Below, one piece after another: positions 40,677-54,289 of a stretch of DNA of 64,000 nt. The notes under the pieces are model-generated. The model was not told the DNA's origin and did not search any database. It saw nothing but the letters and a program-made list of their open reading frames with translations. A program made the translations under genes and the position numbers. The DNA lies in the NCBI GenBank assembly GCA_013265495.1, contig MU061560.1, positions 682,001 through 746,000 on the forward strand. Reading direction: 5' to 3'. This DNA comes from Vicugna vicugna. Lineage: Eukaryota. Position 1 is the stretch's first letter; every line of letters starts with the position of its first letter.

Positions 40677-43600
40677 ATTTAACTAAACTCCCATCAGGTT
40701 TAGGGAGCAAAACTTGCAAATTTTATGATGAAATGAATCCCTATCTTCAGAAGTAGGGTCGGAGGAGGAGGAGGACCAGGAGGAGGACTGGCTCTTTTTA
40801 ACCTTGTTTTTCAAAATGATCACAGAGCAGGAGGAATATATTTTTACAGTTTCCCTTGCACAAATACACTCCTCCTTTCACCTAACTTTTGTCAGTCTTA
40901 CCTGGAATATCACATTATTGCAAAGGCCATTTATTTGAAGCTATAAATAAATCCAAGGTAACCTGCTGCACCATTACCAACACAGAATAAAATAATGTAC
41001 ACTTTAAGAAGGTGCATAATGAGCATTCTATATAACAAAATGTTCTCAGCATTTTATGAAAATACAATCCAATTAAATATTTCCATAAAATATACAGAGG
41101 TCTATATGCATTTTCAACAAATTCCATTGACAATCATCCCGACTCTTCCTTATACAATTTGCAGAAGAGGGACGAATGATCCCCTACCTTATTATCATGA
41201 CCTGTTTTAACTCCAAGCAGAGCCCTACTCACTCGAGCAAGTGCTCACTATTGAGTCACCTTAAAAGTGAACGTCTGAGACCACTAGGTACTGTTCTCAT
41301 TTCCACGCAAGTACCCCACCACACTCACTCGGCAAGGGAGGGGGGGCATCTCATGGGGGGAAAGTCTTGACGATCCTGAAGTCTTTTCATCTGAAAGGAA
41401 GAGCCCCCCCCCCCCGGCTGGTACTGAAAACGCAGAAAAGTTACATGAGTTGACTTTCTTTCCCAGCAAATAAAGCTCTGGTACTGAACTTCTTATGCAC
41501 ATACAGAAAAAGATGGTTTATTTTTTCACATCTTGGCCAGAAATGTCAGGGTCTTATCTGAAAACACACCTAATTCTCTCATTTGCCTGTAATCTAGACA
41601 GCCCCAGGCCATAAATCTCTTTTTTATATTTGGTCAGACACCCACAGCTGTTGAGAAACTTACATGAGACCACAGTTGTTACTGGAATAATATACTGGCA
41701 TGAAGTGAGTGGCAATTTAACATTAAAAAGGTGCAAAGGTAGTTCAGAGAAGCCTCTTCCTTCAAAACCGTGCTGAGAGGAGGAGGGGGGCTGACAGCAC
41801 AGTAGGATGGTCCTTGAAAATGCTTCAGAGAGAAGTGATATTTGAGCAGCTTTTGAAGAACGAGAGAGTTTACCAGGTGGTCTAGCTGTGGAAAAGGGTT
41901 CCACTCCAAGACAACGGCAGAGGCAAAGATATCAAGACAGAAGGGCCACAGGATAGACCAGCAAATTCTTTAGGACTTCAGAGCCAGGGCTAGAGGGGTA
42001 TGAAAGGAGACATTGCTCCAATGGTCACCAGACTCATATCATAAAATCTCTGGGTAGGATGCTACAGAGGATGGACTTTAACTTATAGGTAATGGGGAGC
42101 ATAATGGGACAGTATTTTCCTTTTAGAAACAAATCTGCCAGAAGCAGAGTGGTGAACCAAGGCAGTGGCAAGAGGAAAGACAGGAAAAGGCTGAAGAGGG
42201 GCAAGGGAGAGCTCTCCGATCTGAGATTCTCAAAGACAAGCCTCTTCCCAGAGAACCATAAAAATGAGTCACTCTCTGCCCCAAAAGCAGTCGGTGTGAG
42301 CCACTTCGATACCGCGCAGCAAATGCTTAGGTAACACTGGGCTCAAATCTGGGCTTTGCTCTTGGCTAGCTTTGCAGCCTTGAGCAACTCACTTAACCCC
42401 CCCGAGCCTCGCACAGATCACATGTAAACAGTCAATGATACCATTAGCTGACGGAGCCGCCAAGAGGAACAAAGGTAAAACAATGGAAACTCTTAGCTTA
42501 CGACTAGCACCTAACAGGGGCTCAATAAAAAGATGTTTCAGAAATAGCCAAGAAAAGATTCACATACAGGATTACTTGCTTTGTGTTCCTGAACAAAAAT
42601 ATAAATGTCAATATCAAGTCAACAATTTATTTCTGAGGCTCAGAAAACACTTATTTAGTTGCTTCTTTTAATAGAACCAAAGGAAGTTATTTAGAAGGAT
42701 CTGTATCAAACATTCAAATATCAACTCAGTTAACATGTAATGAACTCTTTCTGGTAGGGATGTTTGCTTTTACTGGAAATCCTGGGAACTGCACCATCAG
42801 CCGCCATTTATCAGCTCCGCAGATTATCTAAGGATGACTGAATGGCTTCTATGGCGTCAACACCACAGAACATTCTCTGTCCTTTGTTTCCTATTCCTTA
42901 TACAAAAAAAGAGGAAGTTCATAAACAATAAATAGATTGTTTCCTTGACACACACCCACATACCCTCCCAAGCTTTCTAGCTACCGTTCACCCCAACCTC
43001 AGTCACTCTATGACCCAAGTTTCCTCGAAATGACCAGCAGCTTCTCTGCTTCGTCACGTTCACTTTGCTGGAAATAAAACTGATCCTCCTTCAAAACGCC
43101 AGCCCAAAGCCTTTCCCTCTTTTAAGGTCCACAGTGAAACATATCTCCTTCGTGGAGTCCTCTTTGACTGTAAAACAGGAAAATTGGTTTGAGTCTCTTT
43201 GTGGTTCAATACTGTATTTTAATGAGGAAAACACTGGGTCCTAACTGTGAGGTTTGGTTGCTAATTTTTTTTATGCTAACCATCACATAATTGTTCATGT
43301 TTTATTTAGTAGATGGAGAATAAAGTCTACAATAAAGTCTCTCTCTCTCTAGACTGTGATTCACCCCTCAGCACTTGAAGGCTGCTCTGTAAATGCTGGC
43401 TGAATGAAAGGATGAATGAATGAATGAGTGAGATCACTCTTAATTTCTGCAGGTATTTTAACAGAAGTCATGGATATGAAAGGAAGTCTCTCGTGGGACA
43501 TGACAGCATGCTGGGTGGAAGGGCAGGATGTTGTAACCCTTCATATAGTTTTACAAAATTAAAATACATCAAAACAGAAAAAATGTGATATTTTGAGACG

Positions 43601-43743
43601 TAAGTGGGTAGAAAATATCATGATAACATTTTTAAAGAAAAAAGAAAACTGCTGTATTATAAAGAACAGTAGAAGTGCAACGTAAATTCAATTCAATTTG
43701 AAACAATATTTATGGAGTACCTCATTTAAATAAGTATGGACAC

Positions 43744-44311
43744 TGTTGAGATAGGAGGGGAGGAGGCAGGGCACAGCCATTAAAGGAATGACACAGCGAC
43801 TGAAGGTTCAACCCCCTGACCTTGAGCTTCATTGCACGTTCACTGTAATACACAAACACGCCAAATGGCGTTCCCACGGGCGCCATGATGCTTCCAAGGC
43901 TGACCACAAACGGACAGGAAGTGGGCGGTGGCCCAGCTCCTGAGACTCCCAGCCCCTTCCCCAAGGTAGCTGGAAGAATCTCCGCCCGGTTAGCACACGA
44001 AGTCGCGGAGCCCACAGAAACTAACCGCCCCGCAGCCCGTGGCATCCCTCGCCTCGCGAGGTGGCCCGCATGGTGCCAGTGGAATGTGTGTCTTCCAGGC
44101 CTGTCACTCTCTCCTGCCTTCAGAGGCAGCCGGCACTCTGTCTACGGAGCGTGCATCTCTCTCTGTATAAATCTACTTTCAGTCAACTGTGGCTCACTCT
44201 CGCCTTCCTCCCTGCGTGAAGCCAAGGACCCTCACTCGGCGGGGTACATCCCAGGGACGCGCCCGAGACCTGGGACGCAACCACCCTCCGGTGCTCCGTT
44301 CTCCTGTGTCA
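43744..44311 (+). mobile_element. ERV solo LTR, CpG-rich
   Basis: LTR-like layout; motif ccttgagcttcattgcac shared with the 27797 element; boundaries approximate, no TSD found. Confidence 0.6.
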
Positions 44312-44957
44312 TCCCTGTAACTATTACCATTATAAAACAACAACAACAACAACAAATTCATATATTATAAAGGGTTAACTTCTTTGAACCTTAATTTCCT
44401 CATCTGTAAAACTGAGATTTAACACCGGGCAACACCTAAAAATACCTCAGAACCTAAGGTTTTTATGATAATAAATTAAAAATATCTATCACTGGGGACA
44501 CCGAAGCTACTTAATGAAAGTGTCCCCAAGGCAACACCACTGACGACCACTCTCGGGAATGCTTCTTGCGCTGTTTGTAGTGTGTTCAGGGAGCTTCCAC
44601 GGAGACCTGAGGAACCATTTTCATTTCGTTTTCAGTGAACCATTTGTCTCCCCCGCCACATGCACTATTCGTTTAAGTGGAACCGCGTCTCCCTTCTCCA
44701 TGCGTCAAGGGCCACTAAAACCACTGCTTTAGTTCTAGCCGATTATTATTTTATTTTTCTAATCTATGGGCAGAAAGGACTTATTTATTTGCTCAAATCA
44801 GTATTTGAACAGAAATATAAAGTGGAGAACTGAGAAACATACCCAGTCCTGCTTTGCTTCTTTTTTCGGGGGTAGAGAGGCTGGTGAGCTAGGAAGTTGG
44901 TATTGGGGGGAGTCCAGGTGATGCAAGGCGCATAGAATTTCTAATTAATATTAACTA

Positions 44958-45090
44958 GGGGGGAGGGTATAGCTCAGTGGTAGAGCGCATGCCTAGCATG
45001 GACAAGGTCCTGGGTTCAATTCCCAGCACCTCCATTAAAATAAATAAATAGACCTAATTACTCCCCCCTCCCCCCAAGACAACAAAAAAT
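44958..45090 (+). mobile_element. tRNA-derived SINE (Vic-1-like)
   Basis: A box tagctcagtgg, B box ggttcaattcc, shared SINE tail. Confidence 0.85.
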
Positions 45091-45305
45091 TAACCAAAAG
45101 CCTCAGAATAATTTCTCCTTCGGGAAAAAAAGGGAATTCGAACTCGACTTGAATCTCGGGTCTAAGCCAGCAGTGATAATGTTCCTTGAAAGCCAGCCCT
45201 CAGGTAACAACGAGCCCATGGATCGTCTGTTCCAGGAAACTTAAGAAAAACAGGCGACATAACGCATCTGGCTGAGACGCACTGTGCCATCCCCCGTGGC
45301 GCTCA

Positions 45306-45548
<243 letters not shown>

Positions 45549-46044
45549 TCAGATATTTATTCTGTTTGATGTGGCATTAAAGATACTCAGTGTAACATGA
45601 ACGAACAGATGAGTTCATTGATTTTGGTGATAACTCTCATCAATCAATGTGTGGCACAGCCTGGGACACTCAGTGCACAAGATACCCCTGCTGCAAGGCA
45701 GTATCTCTCAAGGAGCTTACAGCAAAGCTGGGAAGGGAAGACAGAAACCCATGAGAAAACTGAAGGGCAAAGTTAAGTGACAAGCAGTGGATAAGTGACA
45801 ATTAAGTGGACAGAAACAGTGAAATGATAAAAGTCTTAATCATTATAAAGATGAAGAGAACTGAGAATAAGAGGAATAAAGAAAGTTTTATGAAAGAATA
45901 ACATATTACAGTGTTTCTTCCAGAACAGAACTTAACAATTATTATAAACTGAATACAAATTACCTTCATCAGTAGTAGAAATAAAAATGTATTCACCAAG
46001 GCAACTGTAGTAGCAATAAAAAACCTACCCTAAACGCAAGCTGT

Positions 46045-46280
46045 TTTTTTAATTGAGATATAACTGACAGTTAACACTGTATTAGTTTCAGGTGTAAAAC
46101 ATAATGATTCAATATCTGTATATATCGTGAAGTGATCATGTCTATTTAACATCCATCACCACGCATAGTTACAAATTTTTTATGAGAACTTTTAAGATCT
46201 ATTCTCTAAGCAACTCTCAAATACCCAACACCGCATTAGTAACCACAGTCACCATACTGCGCGTTGTATTTCCACGGATG
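46045..46280 (-). mobile_element. L1M 3' end fragment
   Basis: Similar to 16790-17010 (catagttacaa...atgagaacttttaagatcta). Confidence 0.65.
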
Positions 46281-47026
46281 TAATTCCCCGGGAAAAATAC
46301 AAACTATTTTTACGATCAGTTGCTTTGGGTATTTAAAAACATTTAAATAAGTTATGCAAGCAGCTTAATAACACAACTTTATACTTTTCAATGTGCTATT
46401 TTAAAAATATTTCTTCTATATAAATACGCAGGAAAGGGCGTGTTATTAGAGAAGAAACAGAGGGTCAGAACTAGGAATAGAAAAGAAAAGCAGATGTGAA
46501 ACTCTGAAACCTATGGCTGTTTGAGAAGAGGACAAATAATGACAGTCTGAACAAGGTGACTTTGTGTTTTGCGCTACAAATGTTATCTAAAGAAATCAGG
46601 AGGCGGACACAGCATTTCCAAGGAGAGAGGTTAAGTTGCAGACTGAGGGCTTTCTTTCTCACAGGCTTCCATTAGCATCTGATTAAAATTTTTTTAACTT
46701 GGTAAGAGCTTTTGGTAAAGATCTCAGTCATTTTCATCATCTTAATGCGGAAATTTTTAGCAATTAAGTTGCCCTGAATGAGCGTAAGTTTCCCATTCAG
46801 ATGAAGTTCATCACTTATGAATGACGCTCTAATTGCACGACAGGTCCCCCTGAGGGGAGAGCTGCACTGAGGTCCACTGGCACACTTTCCCATTTTCTCC
46901 GTATTTCACATAGACAGATAAATGGAATTTAAGACAGTATCTCCCAGTCTTACCTTTACCTTTGTTAGGATTAGGGAGGAGACTAGCAAGTCAGGAATAA
47001 ATGCTAAAGCTGTTAAGATAATCTAA

Positions 47027-47105
47027 ATAATAAAAATAATAACCATAATAATAATAATAAAATAATAACAATAACCACAATAATAATAAAAAAACAAAAA
47101 TAACA
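47027..47105. repeat. (AAT)n-rich low-complexity tract
   Basis: Direct reading. Confidence 0.85.
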
Positions 47106-48550
47106 ACGCTTCCTTCCACATCTATCATTAGGAGGGATTACACAGTGTTACGAGTTTTATACACAGTATCTTATCAGTAGCTTGCAAGAACCTTAAGAGG
47201 GAAGTAGTCTTTTGGTCTCCTTACGATGTCACTGGCAGCAATAGGGAAGAAGACTTCCCACTGGCTCCTTTCCGAGGAAACATGTGCAGAACAAGAAACA
47301 ATCGGGAGACTGGTTACAGCACCTTTGTTGGGCTTATGTCTAAAGCCATCCTGACGGACGAAAATGCTAATGATAGCTGTCAATTAAATCTGGTCCAACA
47401 GACCACCTACTTGATCACTTTGTCTATTCCTATTACTACACTTCCTTCAAAGTAGAAAGGCACAGTTTATTTGAAACCAGTCTGTAACTCATGTGTTCCC
47501 CTAATTCTGTCAATTTCTGTTTCATAGTTAGGTTTTATGATGGTCGAATTCATACTCTATAAACTTCATAAATACCAGCTAGACTAGAGAAATATTTTAT
47601 TACTTCATTTATAACTTAGAATTTGTAAGTTGTCTTCTTCAAAATATAACGCGAGATGGCCTACTGGCCAAACTGCGTTTCCAGCTGTGATGACAGCAGG
47701 AGCGAGAAGTGGCAGGTGGAAGCCTCCACTGCCCTGCCCGGGGGGCGGGAATGGCCGGCTTCTGCTCAGCGCCTTCTGACTCATCCCCTCACCCTGCTCC
47801 CTTTTACCCCCTTGGCTTCCAGCATTTGCTCCAGTCTGGAAAGAAGGAACTGCAGACATGCCAGGCTCAGATAAATGCTGAAGTCCTGCTCCAGCTCTGC
47901 TCATGGTAGAATCTGACTCCCTAGTGTCTGGCACCTGCCCCACATTAAAAATAAACTTTAGTTATTTTATCCATTTTATCAAATAGATAGAAGTCATATC
48001 AAACGCAAGAAGGTGATGACGTCCTCCTCACTGCCCACAACTGGGATAGTTGGTAATGACTCCTCTGCACATTAGGTACAACATCAAATGCGCTGTTCTT
48101 GTCCCTTTAAATTCAGGGAAATGAGTGGGACCAGAGAGGCTGCGTGTGTTCCTGTCATGCTCAGTCCTCAGGGGATGTGTCCCCTCTTTGGGGAAAACAA
48201 AAAATCTAGACTAACATGAATGTCTTGGAACTTCAAAAAAGCTTCATTTGAGCTGATTTCTAAATATATGATAGGGCAGAATTATATATTAGAATTTTAA
48301 CTTTCTCCTTGATTATTCTGACTCTCTTCCCTGCCAACTCCAAGAGAATTAAATGATGAGGGGTTCTGGTGGCCAATAAGTAGAGGGAACAGACCGACTC
48401 TGCCGGCCCAGGGCCCCCTCGTGCCCCTCTGCCTTTCTTCTGGCAGAGCCCTACTCATTCTGCACAAGCCAGCTCTAATGTCGCCTCCTCTGTGAAGGGT
48501 CACTCCCTTTCTCTCCTTTCCCTCCCATTAGAATTAACTACTCCCTGGAT

Positions 48551-48700
48551 GGGGGAACGTATGGTTCAGTGGTAGAGTGCCTGCCTAGCAGGCACAAGGT
48601 CCTGGGTTCAATCCCCAGTACTTCCATTAAAAAAATAAATGAATAAAAACAAATAAAACTAATTATCTCTCCCCTTCAAAATTTTTTTAAAATTTTTAAA
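48551..48700 (+). mobile_element. tRNA-derived SINE (Vic-1-like, more diverged)
   Basis: ggttcagtggtagagtgcctgcctagca...ggttcaatccccagtac. Confidence 0.8.
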
Positions 48701-48713
48701 AAAGAATTAATCA

Positions 48714-49285
48714 ATGATCAGCACATACATGCAAATTAAAAAAAATATGTGCAGTAAAAAAAAAAGAATAAGCTATCAAGCCATGAAAGACATGGAAGAA
48801 ACTTAAAAGACGTATTACTAAATGAAAGAAGCCAGTCTGAAAAAGCTACAAACTATGATTCCAACCAAATGACATTCTGGAAAAGGCACAGCTACAAAAG
48901 CAATAAAAAGATCGTGGTTTCCAGGGGTTTCGGGAGAGGGAGGGAGGGAGGAATGAATAGATGGAGCACAAGGGATTTTTAGGGCAATGAAATTATTCTG
49001 TATGACACTACAGTGGTGGCTAAATGTCATTCTGCATTTGTCAAAGCCCACAGAATGCACAACCTCAAGAGTGAACCCTGATGTAAACTACGGACTTTGG
49101 TTGACAATAATGTGCCCATGTTGGTTCATCGATTGTACCAAACATGCCACACGGACGAGGGATGCTGAGGGTAGGGGAGCATGTATGTGTGGGTGGGGAG
49201 GGCTGTGTGCGAACTCTCTGTATTTTCTGCTCAATTCTGCTGTGAACCTGAACCTGTTCTAAAAAATACAGTCTATTAAAAAAAA
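48714..49285 (+). mobile_element. L1MC-type 3' end with A-tail
   Basis: aagccatgaaagacatggaagaaacttaaa, caagagtgaaccctgatgtaaactacggactttgg; aaagaattaatca at both flanks. Confidence 0.8.
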
Positions 49286-50479
49286 AAAGAATTAATCACT
49301 CTCTGTAAATTGCTTTCAAGGCAATTGACCTTATGCGTCAAAAACTTTAAAAATAATGTCTTCTAGTAAACTTCGTTAGAAAATAATTTGAAATGCAGAC
49401 ACAGATTAACACAGTAATAGTAGCTACATCATTTATAATACTGAAAAGCAAGAAGCCATAAATGTCCAGTGATGAGGGAAGGCTGGTTAATGATTAACCG
49501 TCACATGCACATATACTCAGGCATCTACAAGAGAGACAGGTATTTGAGCTGACAGACATCTTCCCAGTCGTACAGCTCCCTCATCAGTCAAACGGGGATT
49601 GTGTGAGATTAGCAGCTGTGTGCTGGGCCCAGACTAGTTACTCAACACATGCTAGTTACTACTATCACTATTAATATGTCACTGTTAAAATGAAGTTTAC
49701 AACATATCTTTAACGTTACGAGAAAATGCTTGATGTAATGCTACTGAAAAAAGTTGAATAAAATATCTATGCATTTCCACTCACAGACATGAAGAAGGGA
49801 ATGGACTGGGGAGTCTGGCAGAAACATGGGGCTATCATGTATGAACGGGACCTGCTACTTTGTATTTTTTAAAAAAACAACAAGCATGTATTTATGCATG
49901 CTTTTAAAAATCAAAACAAAAAAAATCCCCATAAACAAAGCCACATATTCAATTTGATTACACCTATGTATATATATGTATTAAAAAATCAGAGAGCAAA
50001 ACCAAAATGAGAAAGAGGACCTGTGGGGTTTTTTCCTTTGTTCTTTCTTAATTTCTCAAATTTCTTATAATGAATTTGTATTAGTTTTATAGTAAGATTT
50101 TGCAAGACCATTACGGCAGTCACTGCTTTGGTGATGAGATTTCAAGCAGGCATGGAAATAAAACCAACTTAAGAAGGGTTTTGCAGATTAAATTACGGGA
50201 TTTGTCTTCTATAACACAGGAAAGCAGGGCAGCTACGGGAAAGGTCCTGCTGGGTGCTGTGAGGAGACTGGATTAGCAGTGGATAAGAATGGAGGCAGAG
50301 AGATTAATTAGGAAGCAGCTGGATTAATAGAGATGATGGTGACAGGGATCAGTATAGCATCACTGAGCAGGGAGGGAAAGATGTAGGTAGATTCAGGACA
50401 CTTTTAAGAGCAGCATTAATAGGACTTGAATCTGCACAAATACGTAAGGAAAAATGAAGGTTCAAGACCTCTGGGTTCA

Positions 50480-50620
50480 ATATTCAATATCTTGTAGTAA
50501 TTTATAATGAAAAAGAATATGAAAACAAATATACGTTAAGTATATGTATGATTGAACTAGTATGTTGTACACCAGAAATTGACACATTGTAACTGACTAT
50601 ACTTCAATTAAAAAAAAAAA
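50480..50620 (+). mobile_element. Truncated L1 3' end
   Basis: Matches 56640-56770; ctctgggttca at both flanks. Confidence 0.8.
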
Positions 50621-52419
50621 CACACAGCGAAGTCTCTGGGTTCATATTTTGGTGTCCAACCACCTGGGTGAACTACCACTCACTCACCGAGGAAACAACT
50701 GCTGAGTTAATATTGTGGGGCAAGTGTTGCACCGTTATCGGACTGCATTCTCACAGCTCTTTACAGAACTATTACTTCCATTTCATAGGTAGGAAAGCTG
50801 AGGCTTAGCAAGGTAAAATACGTTGCCCAAGGTCACCCAGGTTATCAGAGTGCCGGGATTCACAAGCAGCCCCCACTGACTCCTGACAGTCCATGCTGAA
50901 GCCTCCCAACGCAGCAGAAAGAATAAGTTTAGAAGGAGGACTGGAAAGCAGAGGGAAAAAAAAAGCAAAGAAGATAAGTGCTCATTTTTTAGATAAGCTG
51001 GTACTGAGTTCAGTGGGATGTCTAGGAGATAGAGGGACATGTGGTTCAGAACCCAGGGAAAGATACGTGCTGGGGATGCTGAGTGTCCAGCACCGAGATC
51101 ACACATCGGTGGAAGCCAGAGAAGAGGACGCGGGCAGTCAGGAGACGGTGTCAAATAAGAACAGTCCCAGGAAAGCATCTAACGAACATAAACATTTCAG
51201 GGACAGGTTGAGGATAATGTTTCTCTTTTACAGAGGAAACTTGAAGGAGCCAAAGAGACAGGGAAAAAAAAACAAAACAAAACACACAGGAAACTCTGGG
51301 CCAAAAGAAGAGTTTCAAAAAGCAGTGAGGGGTTGAAAGTGCTAAATTCCGAGTCTTAATCAAACAAAATAATGATTGAAAAGATGTCACGGGTTTTAAA
51401 AGTTTATGATTTCAAATTCTGATCTTTATATCTAAATTGTAATTGTTTTTTATATACAAATTTAAAATACTATACTACCATGCTTAATATTAATGGAATT
51501 CTGTTAATGTTCTGGGGTTATAATATCACGATGTTACACGTGATGTTATATGTGACTTTCTATCATGCACATATGTGTCTAGGTTTCATACAGATTTCAT
51601 GTTTCATTATTTTTAAAACTAGCCTTTGTTCTAGCTTCATCACTAAGTAAGAGCTAAGAAGGCAGCATGGCTATGTGTAAGCAAAATGATATTTATAATC
51701 AAATTAGTAATTTAAGAGAGAGTGGAAATCTAGTCCACCTTGGTTAACAAAAGAAAATTTCATGTAACTCCACATTATAAAATAAAAGCATATATATGAT
51801 AATGCCCAGTTTTAAAAACTGGGAATAAAAAGTGATTGGAACGTTTATCTGATTTAGCACCAAAGGACTCATATTAGCCCAATTCTCTTTACCTCTATGG
51901 ATAAAGAAGGTTTGTTACTATAAATATATTGTTTTTAAAAATCCTTACTTATTTTTTCCACGGAGTAAACACAAAGGTCAGTGAGAAATACCCAAGAATT
52001 ATTAACTTTTAAAACTAAAAAACAGATGTAAGGGACAGGTCTTTTAAAGCAATAGCTAAAATACAGGTATCATGAAGAAAAATATTGATAAATTTACTTC
52101 ATAAGGATTTTTAAATCCTGCATAATAAAAGAGATCATAAGCAACGTTAGAAAACCACATCGTCACGTATGCAGCAACGGATTAACACGCAGCACAGGTA
52201 AAGAACTCCTACAAATAATCAAGGAGACACACATCTTAGGAAAAATAGGCAATGAATAAAAAAAATGATAACTGACTGAATAAAGACAAAGTCAAAAATA
52301 TATATATATACCCAAAGGTGCTCAAGCTTCATGAATAATTAAAGAAAGGCAAGTGAAAAAAATTGGTTGAAGGTCTTTTGTCTGACTTAATTGATCTGCA
52401 GGATTAATCACATTCTCTC

Positions 52420-52733
52420 TTTTTTTTAATAATTTTTTTTTAATTGAGGTCTAGTCAATTAACAATGCTATGTCAATTTCTGGGGCACAGCACAATGCTT
52501 CAGTCATACATGAATATACATATATTTATTTTTATATCCTTTTTCACCATAAGCTAGTATAAGATATTGAATATACTTCCCTGTGCTATACAGTATAAAC
52601 TTGTTTATCTCTTTTATATATACCTTTCAGTATCTGCAAATCTCAAACTCCCAGTTTATCCCTTCCCACCCCTCTCCCCCTGGCAACCACGAGTCTGTAT
52701 TCTATGTCTGTGAGTCCATTTCTGTTTTATATA
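52420..52733 (-). mobile_element. Truncated L1 3' end
   Basis: Reverse complement of the 39800-40110 type; taatcacattc at both flanks. Confidence 0.82.
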
Positions 52734-54289
52734 TAATCACATTCCCTTTTCCCTCTGAGATCTACTGGTTTTGAGTACTACCAAAGCTAGTCAGTTACTA
52801 GGCTAGACTTTGCACTCCTATTTCTTCTAGTTTACCACGCACAACTTAGGCTTCTTACCCAATGTATTTATGTCAACTGGACTTGTTACTATAATTACGT
52901 CATTCATTTACCTAGCCTAAAAAATGAATAAAATATCTTGATTGTGGTGGTGGTTTCACTGGTGTATACATCTATCAAAGTTCATTAAATTATACATCTG
53001 AACTATGTGTAGTTTATTGTACAGGAATAATACCACAATAAAGGTGTTAAATTTTCTTAAAAAGGAGAAAGTAATATATATAAGTATGGAAGAAGTTCTG
53101 TCTCTCTGAAAATTCACTTGAACGCTTTAGAAAGGCTAGCGAAAGGTGAAAAGCTTTAAAAAGCTCTGTAATTAGCTGTGGAAGAAATTAATATAAAAGA
53201 CTAGGTAAAATGTAAGAATCTAGAAGAACATGAACTCAAATAAATAAATTACTGCCATTAAGTGCTCATTTCACTTTAAAAAAACTTAAACTAAAAGTGG
53301 TAAATGATACATAATGGGCAGAGGTTACATATGAAAGACAATGACAAGCTCTCTGGATGTGCATGTGTCTCATTTTAAAAAAAGATTTTCTCTGTAACTC
53401 TGATTAACTGAATAGTCTAGATTTCAAAAAATAGGAAAATTTCTACTATAAAGAGGTATCTTTCTTTCTGATTCTAAGATTAGCAAAAATGAACAAGAAA
53501 GAACCATACCTTGTGGGAGTAACGGTGACTGCAAATACGCACTTTGACACCATGTTGGTAGGACTGTAAATTTGTGTTAATTCGGAGGAGGATTTATAGG
53601 GAGTTATTTATCAAAATTAAAAAATGATCCAGTAGTAGTGAGAACTGGATTTACCTACATCTGAGACAATTTTAAAAACCAGACAAAACATACAAGGGTT
53701 TCAATAATTGGACACGATGCAGTGATGGACAGCGATCCCTAAGAGATGGAGAACCAGCGAGGAGGCCCTACTGCTGCAGCAGATCGTAGTCCAGGAGAGT
53801 CCCAGGCTGCGGTGTGGGGAAGGAGAACCTAAGTGGGATTCAACAAGCAGAGCTGAGGAGACAGAGCGAAGAATCCGAGAACAGAGAGGCTAGTGTATGC
53901 AGGGAAGAGCGCCAGCGAGCAAAGAGCTGCACAGAAAAAGGCCTCCTGAGATCTGCAGCGGGTCCCATCTGCATTCAGCAGGGTGTTAATCAGTACATCT
54001 GTGTGAAGAAACTGCCTGAAGCCAGGGAAGTAACTGCCTGAAAGGAGTTACAGGAACAGCCCCTCATGCTCACGAAGGCCCCGGAGCGGTGGGATCAGCC
54101 ACCCAGAAAACCTCGTCATTCACTGGGGCACTGAGCAGAGTCCTCAGAAGTGCCTTGCCTTAAGAAGTGGGGGCTAATTAGCTCTTGAATAAACGCTGCT
54201 CTGGTCCCACCTAACAAATCTTAAAAGCAAGATTTTAAAGAAGTCAAACTGTTTGCAAATAACTTAACTGCATCCTTGAGTTTAACCAA

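Noticed and set aside
43885..44370. 161-aa plus-strand ORF
   Set aside because: Lies in a GC-rich LTR with no recognisable protein similarity
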